The notes beneath the pieces are model-generated. The model saw only the letters and a program-made list of their open reading frames with translations, had not been told where the DNA came from and did no database searches. The position numbers were made by a program, and so were the translations under genes. From positions 57,877 to 121,876 of the forward strand of contig DF236951.1 in assembly GCA_000708835.1 (NCBI GenBank): 64,000 bases of DNA. Reading direction: 5' to 3'. Positions within the stretch are counted from its first letter, which is position 1. Each line of letters starts with the position of its first letter. This stretch comes from Klebsormidium nitens. Lineage: Eukaryota; Plantae; Klebsormidiophyceae. This document shows positions 51,801-63,601 of the stretch, piece by piece.

Positions 51801-54351
51801 AACAGTATCCCTACAATTGGACATCTTCCCGCAGTGAGGGCCAGTAAACAGCCTGCAATCAAAATCCGAAGTAAGGATACGAAGCCTGGAGGGGAGAGCG
51901 CTCGTTCAGAAAGGAGAGGATAGTTTTCGGAGAGGGGGCGAGGTACCTGCCTGGAGCGCGTCTCCTGCGGCAGGGACCCGTAGACAACGCAGCAGCGGTG
52001 GCGGGTCTTGGTCTCAATCTCCTTCTGCAGAGGAAGGGCAGGACTCGATGACAAGCAGGCTTGGGAGCAGAAGAAGCAGAATACAAGCTTGACCTTTTGA
52101 AGCCAGGAAACACGGTCTATCGTGGATAAAACCCAGTTGTTGGAAAATCAATCACCGTCAGAGAATCGATTAGACGCTGGTCAAGCGAGGTCTGAAGAAA
52201 ATGCGCGGGACACTCGCCTTTATGTTGTAGATCTGCGTCCGAGAGAAAGCAATGATGCAGTCTCCTGCCCGGACCTCCATCAGGGATCCCAAGGCCTGTC
52301 GGCTGGACTTGAGGGGGGACAAGCGCTCGTAGTGCTTCACCTGCATCAAAACATACCGAGGGAGGGCCGTTGATTAATGGTGCAGCGCATGACGGGGTTT
52401 GCAGAGCATATCGTCAGGAACAAGCAGCTCTGGCAGATCCACTAACTGCTCTTGATGGCGGGCCAGTTTAAAATCTGAAGTGTTGAGTGTTAAAACCTGG
52501 AGTTTACAACCAAGCCCTTTTCTCGGTAAATAGGAGGTCATTGCGGATGCCTAATCTTTCTCTGGTCGCGTCTGGCAGATTAGAGGCAGGCAGACCACTG
52601 CACATCATCCACTTTCGAAATACGAAGATCTCGAATGAGGGTACAATCCGCACCTGAAGCTCGTCCCCCGTCTCTCGGCAGAATTGCTCCACCAGGGGCA
52701 CAGCCGCCGGGTCCCCACAGACGTGCAACTCGGGGGTGGCCAGGCCCAGGAGAGCCCGGGTGAAAGCAAAGCCGCGGTCGGGAGACGCCATCATCTGCCG
52801 GCAGCCATAGTGGGTATGGCGCAATGAGCAAACGTTGGTTTTCGAACGAGTGAGCTCCGAAGAGAATTGGAAACTCGAATCTCGGAAAGCTGTGGGACTT
52901 CTATAGACCGCCAAAGCAGTAAGCAGCAAGTGATGTCCTGATACAAGCGGCCAAGAAACAGGGACTGCCGACTCCAACAAAACCCTCCCCTTCAACTGGG
53001 CTTTCTTAATCTGTGACTCTGCAAGTCACCTCGAGAGCTTGACCGACGTACCTGGATCTCATCGACAACTGCAGCATCGTATTTCTGTGCGGTGTCTGCC
53101 ATCTCAATAGTCATCGCCGTGTGGTGCGCCTTCTCCACATGGCGTTTCTCCTGCCCAGTGATCGTGTTGCAAGGCACCCCGGAAGCATTGAGGCGGTCCG
53201 CTGTCTCCCATGCAAGCAACCGCAGAGGTCCACAGTATACACCTGCACCAAGGAATTCTTTTAAATTGCATCTATTGCCCCAAGTCTTCAAATGAGCAAA
53301 TATGGGGCATCAAGCGCTTTCATCAATCGAGAATCCTAAGTACTAAGCGCACGTAATGACCAGTAGACAACAGGTGCAGAAGACAAAGTAAGTGCGCTGT
53401 AGACTCCCTGGAGCAGAACGGTTGGTTGAAGAAGTAGACCCTAGCATGAGAAGGGAGCAAGATAGTTTCATATCGTGACCTGACCGAAGCGTTTCGGATG
53501 AAAATGATAAGCATCCAATCTTTGTTTGGTTGCAAAGAAAGTCCAAGGGGCCAAAAGAGCAGATTGCAGGTGTTTGAACCGCTGGCGCGAGACGTCCCAG
53601 TGCCCGATCATCACCTGTGGCCGCCTCCCTCAGCCGCTGCAGGGCAGCATATGTTTTGCCACTGTTGGTCGGTCCCACGTGCAAGGTGACACGGCGCTTG
53701 ATGCTCCTTGCGACAGGGAACCACTCATGCGGGAGCCTGCTCAGAAAAGAATAGCTGAACTTACCGGTGTTCATAGGAATGCTCGCCACAGTGAGATGAA
53801 TACATACCAGGCACAGTGTGTTGCTCAGATTTCAAAGCTTGTCCTTTGCTCAAGGTGCGCAGACCTGATAGCAACAACCTGATGAAAGCTGCAAAGGGGA
53901 ATCGGACCGTTGTTTCGTACCTGAGATCTGTCACCTTTTCCAGGAAGCCTTCCTTTGGCACCAGCCCATTTGAGAAGAAGCGGTGTGCAGTTCGGATAAT
54001 GTCAGACCCTGCGTCCATAAAAGAGTAAAGGTTTGCATGCCCTGTGCCAGTTCAGAGCAGCGACTATCACGGCCTGCTGAGGGAGCCGATCAAGCTAAGC
54101 TCACCATGCACACGACCAGAATGTTTTCAAGCAGCTGCAACCTACGGCGATGCCTGAGGTGGTTGTGATTCTGCAAAAAGCACCACAGCCCAGCATTTAC
54201 TACCACCACTTCTCTGCCTTGGAAGCATTACTCGAGAAGCAATCTTAAGTAAGTACAGATTTCCTACAGGACACCGCTAAGGCCTCCGAGACTCACCCTT
54301 GGCCTCGGCACTTCTGAGGATCAGCCTCTCAAGACCTCCTCTCCACAGCAT
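48805..54351 (-). CDS. SUV3: Mitochondrial DExH-box RNA helicase SUV3 (548 aa, 14 exons)
   Basis: Exons 54351-54297, 54008-53921, 53736-53615, 53242-53052, 52794-52654, 52340-52218 (GC donor), 52024-51947, 51521-51353, 51040-50847, 50441-50311, 49973-49928, 49651-49535, 49220-49129, 48904-48805; 1647 nt. Motifs [80 protein letters not shown]; presequence-like N-terminus (..AHRFFS). Exon 1 is less certain. Confidence 0.93.
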
Positions 54352-55082
54352 TGCGACTATCCTGTCATGGCTACTTTGGCTCACTGAGAGCGGTTCATTA
54401 AACCCATTGATGCTAGAATTTGTGGCTGGCTTTTAAAAATTGTACCGCAGCAACATCAAGGCCTTCTCGCCACTCCCTAGCCCCAGTCCAATCACCATCT
54501 AGCGTCTGCTCCAAAAGAACCAAGGATGTCCACCATGAAGAGCACCCCGTGATGAAATCAAAGTACCTCAATCTGATCCCTATCAACCTGATTTCAACCT
54601 GATTTCAATCAGCGCAAGGAATGATCTCCGACAACCTCAAGAGCTTGCACCACCACTCATCAGCCCTTTCACTAAGGTCAGGCTAATGAGCGCCCGAAGG
54701 CGGACGCGAACGCTGGTGGAAGAACGAACACTGCCAGTGCATGGTGATGCGACCACCCGGCCCGTTTGTGGGTCCATCGTCGGCGGTTTTGCAGCGCGCT
54801 CGCGGTTCTGGTATAAGGAATGTGAGCCGTTGGATGTAGGTTGCAGTCAAGATCGACCGTCCGCCTCAACCGTAATAGGCCGCCGGACGGGCTGTTCTCA
54901 TTGGCATCAAATGTTGCGCTGAGCCTACCTGCTGGGCATATTATCCAGCTTTGGAAACCCCATTGACCAGGCGGACTTCAGTAAGGAGGAGACTCCTTAT
55001 CAAAAGTTGCCATTGGGGTCACGTTGAGTGTTGGCGTTCATTGGTGCTCTGAGCGCCGGCATGAACGGCTGATGCCCTTGCT

Positions 55083-55090
55083 TATATAAA
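55083..55090 (+). promoter_or_regulatory. TATA box candidate for the gene starting at 55171
   Basis: TATATAAA about 80 nt upstream of ATG 55171, which has an AAACC-ATG-G context. Confidence 0.5.
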
Positions 55091-55170
55091 TCTACCAAAA
55101 GGCAGGGCATCCTTGCACCCCTAGCCTGAGAAGAACCTTAAGACCTCTGGCAAAGTTGCAGCTGCAAACC

Positions 55171-57598
55171 ATGGGTGTCCCTCTTGCTCAGAGTCCTCCT
55201 CTTTTTGTTCCAAAACTTCTCTTCAAAGACCGACAGCCCACGGGTGAGCATCATGGCACTGCTTTCTTCTGTATACTTTTGCAAGGATCGATTGAGCTGG
55301 ACCTTCTCAGCTCAAAACTGTTTTCTCAGATTGCCTTCCCTTTGACACCGTGAGCTCCCAGCTCAGGACTGTTGTGGGCTTGTGTGAGCTGTCGAGACTG
55401 GTGAAACGGACACTAAGAGTTTCTTGTGATTTTTTTTGCAGCCGTTAATCGGTTGGATGATCCCATCTGGGAGCAGGCGGACATACAAAAGCTCCTAGCT
55501 TGGTGCGCCTATGCAGACATTCTGACGCAGGTTGAAGAGGTACGGGATCTTTTTAAAGAACTCCTCGCCCCTGTCAGGAAATGCAAACCGGCACTGCAAG
55601 TGTGGGCCTGACATTCTAAAAGATGTACTTTTGTGAGCACTTCGTCCCTGGACATTTTAGAATGTCAGGCCCGCACTTGCAGTGCCACCTTGCATTTCCT
55701 TCCTTGAAAGCTTGTGGAAGGTGGTCACACGGATTTATTGGTTGGTCTACCCCTGAGAATGGTGTACCTTGACGTCAAAGAACTTTTTCGGACAAATTTT
55801 TCTTCCTGAACATCGTTAAATCCGGAAACCTTGCCAACTTCAGAGACGCTACCTGACTCAAGTCTTCCGCAAAGTTTTCAGTCTCCACCCTCACACCGCG
55901 CATTGCTGGTCCAGATCTACCACAGTGGGCGCGACCCTCTGGGTGGTGGCATTCGGGAGCAGCTAGAAAGGATGTGCCACCTGGTGGCACCAAACAGGCC
56001 GCTTATGGTGAGGAGCCACCATCTTGCTATCGCTTGCTCCCTTGCTGCTATGGGACTGCCGGAGAAGACCACTTCAAGTTTAAAAAACACTAGACTTTGC
56101 GCCCACATACCGTACTATTATCAACCACGCTAGCTCCTCGATTACAAACTCTTTTGTGCAGAGTGGTTTGTCAAACCAGGGCGGATAGTTGTTGCAGGAA
56201 CTCCCGACCCTTCTTGGACTGCTTATCGCGTTGCTAATGATAACGTGCCGTGCATATTTGCTGAATACGCCCATGTGCCTGCACAGAGGGTCCTTGACGA
56301 GTTGAGGATCTCAGCCACGTTCCCCAGCCTGGGCAGAGCCCTGCGGGGCGACCCGGCCATGTCTCCAACAACAGTCACAAGCCCAGGGCCGACAGGTAAG
56401 CGGAGCCAGGTTGGGATTACAAGGAAAAGCGCGTCTGGTCAAGATGGTCGAGGAACAATTATCCAGCAGTGCGCAGTCGCAAAGTGTGTCCGTTTGGACT
56501 CATGGAGGTGCGAGTCTGTCAAACTGAAACCCCGATCTCTACTGACAGTGTGTCGTTTTGATGACGAAGAATGACCCATGATTAGCCGCTTCCTTGTGCT
56601 TGATTCACCAGCCCCGATTGAGCCTCGAATCTAACGTGTCTTGTTTGCAATGCGTGGGAAAGCTTCCCTGCCTTGACTGGGGCTCTGGCGTGCAGGCACG
56701 GACTACTTTGCGCACGTGTCCATTCTGAACCAGCTGAGCTCCATGGCCACCCAGCTCCACGAGGACTCGGACAAGCAGCAGAACCACAAGTACATCGCGC
56801 ACCAAATTGCGCTGCTCTATGTGAGGCGCCCTCCACCAGAGCCCAGCATGTTGTATGTAGGACGGTCGAGGCCAGGCGTGGCGAGGCTGCGTGTTTGACA
56901 ACCTTCTTTTCCTTGTTTCGTGGAGGAAGATTCGTACAAAGAGGCCGAAAGTCAGACTTCATGCACAGCAGGCCTCAACTTGTTTGGCGCTTCCTCTGTC
57001 GTCTGAGTTGTATTAGCAGCCAGATAAATCGACGTTGACCCTTGCCCGTAAGCAACGAAAGCTGCTTCTAATTGGAGCCGAGGCGCTTGCCCGATTCTGA
57101 AGTGTCGGTTTCCGTCTCGCAGCAATGCTTGAACCAGGTGCGGGGGGAGGCCCGCCCGTTCAAGAAGCGGATAGAGGAGAAGTTCGAGGAGGTCAAGTCG
57201 CTGACGGAGAACACGGGCGCCCCAAAATTGAGCGAGGCGTACAAACAATGGTAAGACAACCAAGCACCTGAACCTGTTTCACTCGTGATTTACTGGCCTG
57301 AAGTTGACCGACATTCGAATTGATCCAGTCGGAGTTTGGGCCTACTTGAGAATGAACGACTTTTGAAACTTAACGCTCTTCTTTTCGCACGGAAGATCGG
57401 AAAGTAAGAAGTCCTTCAAGTGAGATCATGGGTCACACTTCTGGCGGCCTAACGTCTGCTTCGTTTGCGCCCAGGTTGCGGACGCTGACGTTGGACATTC
57501 AGGAGATGGTGGGGTCCTTCCCCCCTCAGCTGTCCGCCAAGCTCGGACCAGTTGCAGACGTTTACCGAGCGTCTGCGAGCCAGTTGGGGGTCCACTGA
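55171..57598 (+). CDS. Uncharacterised, probably alpha-helical protein (249 aa, 7 exons)
   Basis: Exons 55171-55243, 55442-55539, 55915-56007, 56287-56395, 56696-56820, 57123-57250, 57475-57598; GT-AG, 750 nt, one open frame. Contains DYFAHVSILNQL and NHKYIAHQIALLYQCLNQ. No domain recognised; the 5' exon structure is less certain. Confidence 0.72.
55576..55700. repeat. Long inverted repeat (45-bp arms, 4 mismatches) inside intron 55540-55914
   Basis: Left arm ggaaatgcaaaccggcactgcaagtgtgggcctgacattctaaaa (55577-55621); right arm ttttagaatgtcaggcccgcacttgcagtgccaccttgcatttcc (55655-55699); 33-nt spacer. Confidence 0.92.
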
Positions 57599-58939
57599 AG
57601 GGGGAACGTACCAGGTTCCTGTGTACAGATATATGCTACGGTCGCAGCGCGCGCTTGCGAAGCTTTGAGGCGGCATGTTTCCAACAGCTCATGGCAAGCA
57701 GATCATGAAATTTGGGTTTGCCCGAGCTGTGATCGTGTCCGTGCATAGCCTAAACGTCGAAATCGGAATGTACAAAGGAGCTAGGTTCTTGGACTTGGAA
57801 CAGATTCGGCGCAGGTTTTGTGCCAGATCATTGCGTTGTATTGCTCGTGCGACTGCGCCAATGTAGAATATTCCCATCCACGTTGGGGAATATACATTCA
57901 TACGCGAGCCGCCGGTGCACTCATTTGGGCTGCAGCTGCAGCTGGCACGTTGCATCTTGCCAATCTGCACATGATCAACGCGCTGGCTGCGGGCTTGCAC
58001 TGACGGTTGAGTGCTTGTACAAATTTCCTATGGCGGGGATCGTTTGCGAGGTTGGAATTTTAGTGTATGGACAGGCCGAGCTCAGTTCGATCGACTGCTA
58101 GGGCGCCATCAGTGCGAGTAAAGGAACATATGTACGGTTGCATGGCGCGTGTTCACTCCACGGAATGCAAGACACTCCACCGTTCTTAGTATCTATCATG
58201 AAGCAGGGTAGCATGTGTTTTCAATCCAGGCACTGTGGAGCAACTATACCTGGGAGTCGCATGGAACCTCGAGGCCAGAGATCATTGGCAGCTCTCAGGC
58301 CCCAACACGTCTACTAGCTCTCGCTACTGGGGCCGCAACAGGGTATTCAGGCACCACTTATGACATGCGCATCGGACTCCATGGGCATGGACTCCTCAAG
58401 AATCATCAGTTTGACTGACCTGCTTGCGCCGTGCAGCATGTGAAGATTACTTCCTGCGATTCGTGCCCTCAGCTATAAAGATCTAATGCTAAACTCTGGC
58501 AGCAATACCCATGAATCAATCACAGTAAAAACACGAACCAGGTCATCCGTCACAGCGCAGCGCTCGCTGGCGTGCGAGCTGGACTCAAAGCTTAAATGCA
58601 GCTGCTGTCAGCAGCCAGTTGTCTTCAGCACGTTATGCGGCCGGGCGACACCTAGCTCTGCCGGACTCTGCTGTCGCTGTGTGCGTGCCCTAATTTATAC
58701 GGCATCTATACGTATCAGTCCTATCCGATGTCCTTACAACTCTAATGCCCGTGTCGTACTTTGACTTTCCGATGTATGCCTCGACATTGATCGCTTGAAT
58801 CAAATACCTGCCAATATTCTCTAATGGATTTGACCGTCATTCCGACGGCGTTCCGTTTGCAATCGCAGACCATCGGTCCCTTGCTCGACTCCCTACAAAG
58901 ACGCTCGTGTGTGTCATTACTTTCTAAAACGACCATCTT

Positions 58940-61900
58940 TCACTGTATTGTACCCACTCCACTGGCATGTCCGCTCACGGCCCCCGCCTCTTCCGGATTG
59001 CTTCCCTGTTTCAACTCGACGTCTTCCGTCAGAACGTACTTTTTCCGGCCTTTTCCGTCGCTCCCCCGCGATCCCGGCCGGTCCAACTGCGGCGGCGCAC
59101 TCTCCAATGCAAACGGGTGCAAATCAAACCCCGCTCCGTGGTCCGCCGAACTTGCTTCCGCTGCCGCTGCCGACAACGAGCTGACCGGAAGCGCTTCTAC
59201 AGAGTCCAACAAAACCGGAATCGATGACGGGGCAACACCGCTGGCCGCCCCGCTTTTGTCATCCTGCGCCTCTCGCTCCAGACCAGCGGCGCTCGACGTT
59301 GAAGTGTCCGCTGCCGGCGCGGTGCTGATGTCACTCTCGGGGTCGGGATGCACGTGGGCCTCGTTCCGTTGCCGCTCAGCCTGCGACTCAAGATCATTTA
59401 ATCCTCGTCAGCGTTCAGGGTTCACGAGTGCGAGACGTTGCTTACAACGGGGGGTCACTTCCACTGAAACAAACGCCTACGACCTTCTGAAAGAAGGGAA
59501 GACATACCAGGATTGCTCACTATTGTTGGAGGCCTTATGTCTTATCATCAGCACCGTGCTCTGGTAAGCAGAAGACGGACAAAGATGAATGGAACGCCCG
59601 GCGCGCAGAGGGCTTACCCGGTTTGAGTCGGCCCTCACTTTCCTCTCTGCCTTCAACCGCTTCTCGAGCGCCATCTGCATGAAAGGACGGCTTCTTTGAT
59701 TGCTCCATCGGATCTTGGCCTAGACGAAGTCCGACAGGTTTTCGCAACCATGAGGCAACAAAGAAAGGACCTCAACAGAACCTCCTTTCTTGAAACTCGC
59801 ACTCTGGCTTCAGCAGGATCCGCTGGCATCAACTCCTGATGCTTCTTCAGAAAAGACCGTATAGTTTTAAACAGGAAAGTCCAGATCTTGGGAGCCTTCC
59901 TCAAGGTGTCCCAGGAGCTCCCGAAGCTGTATCCAGTTCCACTTCTAAGACTCTGCCTGTGCACCCACTTCCAGAGAACAGCGTCTTCGATCTACTTGTT
60001 TGCAGGACTGGAGGACTGCGGTGAAAGTCGGGCGGCCGGCTCACCTGCTCCTCTGCCTCATCCCGTACCCTAGCGTCCAGCTCTACGAAGTGCTTGTCAA
60101 TGCTTCCGATGAGCCACAGCATGCCGTCCAGAATGGAGCTGTCGGGAGTCTCCCCCTCCTGCACGAGAAGCGAAATGTTAGTGCGCCGCTACTGAAGGGT
60201 TGAGTACGGGGGTACCTCAAAAGGAAACAGAAAAGGCATGCCGAACCCATGTCTAAATGGTCTAAGATGCGTTTGACTCACAAAGGAGAAGCAGCAATGG
60301 ACGAGATGGTGCTGGAAGCACGGTGCAGAAGCTTGACATGCCGCCACACCATGAGGAAATCTACAGAGCGTTCGTTCAGATATACTAAGTTGTGTGTCCC
60401 ATCGTTGCCAATAGTCTTCGAAGATCGTGAAAGTGTTTGATACAGCTCTTCAATAGATCCTAGACACTCCCGTCCTGCTATCTTCGGCGTATCCCGAGCA
60501 CTAGCAAAAGTCGCCGCGCTTGGGACGTTAGCAGACATCTCTCTCCCGCTCACCGCATAGATGCCCGAACAGCCCACGACTTTGTACGTCTCGCTTCCTG
60601 TTGAGGACAGCCCCAAGCCGGCCGCAACCTCGGCGGGTCCGAGCGCCATCTTCTTATCCTGAACAAAGGCAGACACAAGTGAGGATGGGGCTTCCAACAG
60701 CTGGTCTGGTAACACAACCTTCCGTCAAATACTTTGATTTGGTCAGCAAACACTGGCGCATTTTCACATAGTCGAGCTTGAAACCCTTTGACTTATAACG
60801 TGCAGGTGAAAATCTCGAAGACATACCGAAAATCTGTTGGACGCCAGTAAACGATTAAGCTGAACGAAAATGAGCAAAACACGCACGGTTCGTGTGTTGA
60901 CAGACAGCCGTTTGAAAGCGTTTATTATCGGCTGTTCCCGCGCAAAAGTCGGAGGTCAAATATGCGACAAAACGTACTCCATTTCAATCAGGCTCGAAAT
61001 CCCGACCTGACCCTTCGACTCCTCGGCATGTCTGTAACGGAGGCTCGTTTATCATCCATAGCAGGACAGCGCCCCTGGAGAAGTTGCTAAAGCTCGCTTC
61101 TGACCTGCTTGTTGGCAAAGATGAGCACGGCCTTCTGCGCCATGTAGGGGTGTCGCACGGCTCGCTCCAGCTCCTCTCGTACCTCCTCCAGCCGCGCCTC
61201 ATCCGAAGCGTCCACCACAAACACAAGCCCGTGGATCTGAAGGCAGGAAGGGGGCAACCCGTTTCATGTCGAGGCAAAAATTGAGCTGCTGGTGACAAAG
61301 TTTGCCTTTGGTAGGCTCGAAATTTCACTTGTGCGTTTTGGAAGAAGTCCTTGCAGTAGTCTGCTGCAAGTTTAAATCGATCGTTTTGGGCAAGGAGATA
61401 CACCAATTGCATTTTCGGTCAGAAGCATCAATGCAGCTTTGGAAGAACAGTCCTAAATAACCTCCTGCAGAGAGCTGGTTGCCTGAGCTGATTGCTGGAC
61501 AAAGGCTGCAAGAAAAGGATTGCCCTCCCTCTTTCGCAACTTACTGGACGCGAGGTGGTGCCATCCAGGGCCAGCTTCAGAGTGAACGGCCATGTTTATC
61601 TTGTCATCCTTACCTCTGCATAGTATCTTTCCCAGATCTTCCGTATTTTGCGTGCGCCCCCAAGGTCATAGAACACAATGTTCCAGCTGCCCATCTTCCA
61701 CTCTTTGTTGATGAACCCCCATGTGGGCACTGTCGCCTCTGGGCTCTCCCCCCTAACAAAGAAACACGACACATGAGTTTTTAGGACTTGGGCATTCCTT
61801 TGCTTGTTTGTCCTTCCTCTTTACAATGTTGCGGAAGAGGGCAAGCCGTCATCAGGCTGGCCCTTGGCTCAGGATGTCTGAGAAAATTCAGCTAACAGCC

Positions 61901-62655
61901 TTGTGGGGCCTGGTTGATGAGAAGTCATCTTTCCAGTGGCCAGCACGTGTGTGCGCAGAATGATGTTCAGGACTTGGTTTCAGCTGAATGTGTTCAGACT
62001 CAGAAACATCAAGAAATGCCCCTTTTTGCAGAGGCTGAAATGTAAATGCATTGGCGCCCAAGCTTGGTGTGCTGCAGTCCATCTCCTTCATCCATTGAGA
62101 CCGATCATGAGCTTGCAGGCGTAGAGATGCCCTCAATGAATGGCTACTGCTTGATGCTGGGGCGCTTTTTTGTATAGAAACTTCATCAACATTCAGAGTA
62201 TCATGGGAATGTTTCTCCAAGACTATAATAGTGAAACCTACAAGGGAGCACCTCTCTCCATATCTTGCCAAGTGAGATCTGCCTCTTCCGCTCACCATGC
62301 ATTCTGGACCCCAGAAACCCTGTGAAAACACTAAAAGGATCCACAGAGTTGACAGCCTGACCCAGGAGGACAATCCATCTCAAAAGGGCCCCTCGCCCTC
62401 AGTCTGCCCACCTCTTTTGCTGCAGAAATCACGGTAATACTTTTCCAAGCCAGAAGCCCTTCATAATGGACAATTCCCATGTGCCAAACCCTCTACGAGG
62501 CCCCTTTCTTACCTGACATTCGCCAACAACGTGCTTTTCCCAGCATTGTCCAGTCCCACAATTGCCAGTGTCATCGCTCGTTTGGAAGAACCTTTAGGCC
62601 GCATCCCACACCGGCCGCATGAGAAGAGGCCACTGAACGCTTCTTTCCAACCCAT
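58940..62655 (-). CDS. ARL13: Ciliary ARF-like GTPase ARL13 (about 376 aa; last exon end uncertain)
   Basis: Exons 62655-62513, 61752-61614, 61236-61105, 60658-60554, 60158-60045, 59674-59618, 59380-58940; phases compatible. G1 VGLDNAGKST, G2 PTWGF, G3 YDLGGA (no catalytic Gln, as in ARL13), IFANKQD, and the ARL13-type extension DGMLWLIGSIDKHFVELDARVRDEAEEQ plus a charged coiled coil. Confidence 0.9.
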
Positions 62656-63601
62656 CGTCTCTCGTGCTGTAAAGTCCTCTCTGGCTGCAGATTTTCACGC
62701 GGTCGACCTGGTTTCAACTTCCCTCCCACAATGCAAGATGGTCAAGGCCGCTACAATCGAGGGTTTGTCCCTGAGAACGTCCATGCCCCTGCCTTGGTAT
62801 GCCCTCCTATCCTCCTCCTATGGCAAGAGACAAGTCCGGTGCTTTCTCTTCCGTTTCCTGCCGTCGACTGCTGATCCTGGCCCTAGCATGTAAATCCGCC
62901 TTCAATTGGAATCTACAATTAATATCTCATATACCGGCTTTCTTATCTCCCCATCTCCATAGTACGTCCTCCTTCAAGTCAAGGTACCAATCCCTTGCTT
63001 GTCATGACGTGAAGGTATCCGCAACCGATCGGCCCCCACTGGCACAGGTCCAACCTGGAAATAGAGTACCTATTAAGATTACACCGTAGCGCTGCATTCC
63101 TGTTCGCCTAATCCATCTGACATAGGGACGCATTGATCGGACATGATGCAGCTAGATCGAAGATCGTTTTCAACCTCAGCCTGCTCAGGCAGCGCGGCCG
63201 CAACAGGCTTGCAGCTTGCTTGGACCTGGGCGGCAAGATTTTTAGGGTTTCACCTTCCGACCACGAGAGTTTCATCGTCAACACCAGTCAGCGCTGCAAG
63301 TACGGTACCCTGGTACCGGTAACCGAGGTCCGGAAAGGTTCCAGCAAATCTATCGGACGACCGCAAATCAAGATTTTGTGACAATCTACGAATCCCCAAT
63401 TTTGTGTCAACACTCCTTCGATTTTGCTCATGCTCTTTCATGTTCGTGATATCCAGCCGGCCAGACAATGTTTGCTCAAGGGAACAATTAACGGGTACCA
63501 ATTTCATGCATGACCCCATGCTTTGGTTAGACGGGCTTTGAACATGAAGTATGCAGCGCTCGCATCACTTCGAGCAACAAGTTACATAAGCTTTGGAGGT
63601 T

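Noticed and set aside
7483-55171. Four head-to-head gene pairs about 0.8-1.2 kb apart (TOM20/CIA1, LRRC40/STY, LCBK1/NTMC2T6, SUV3/unknown)
   Set aside because: Expected in a compact genome; no functional link between partners beyond chance, so not treated as a gene cluster.
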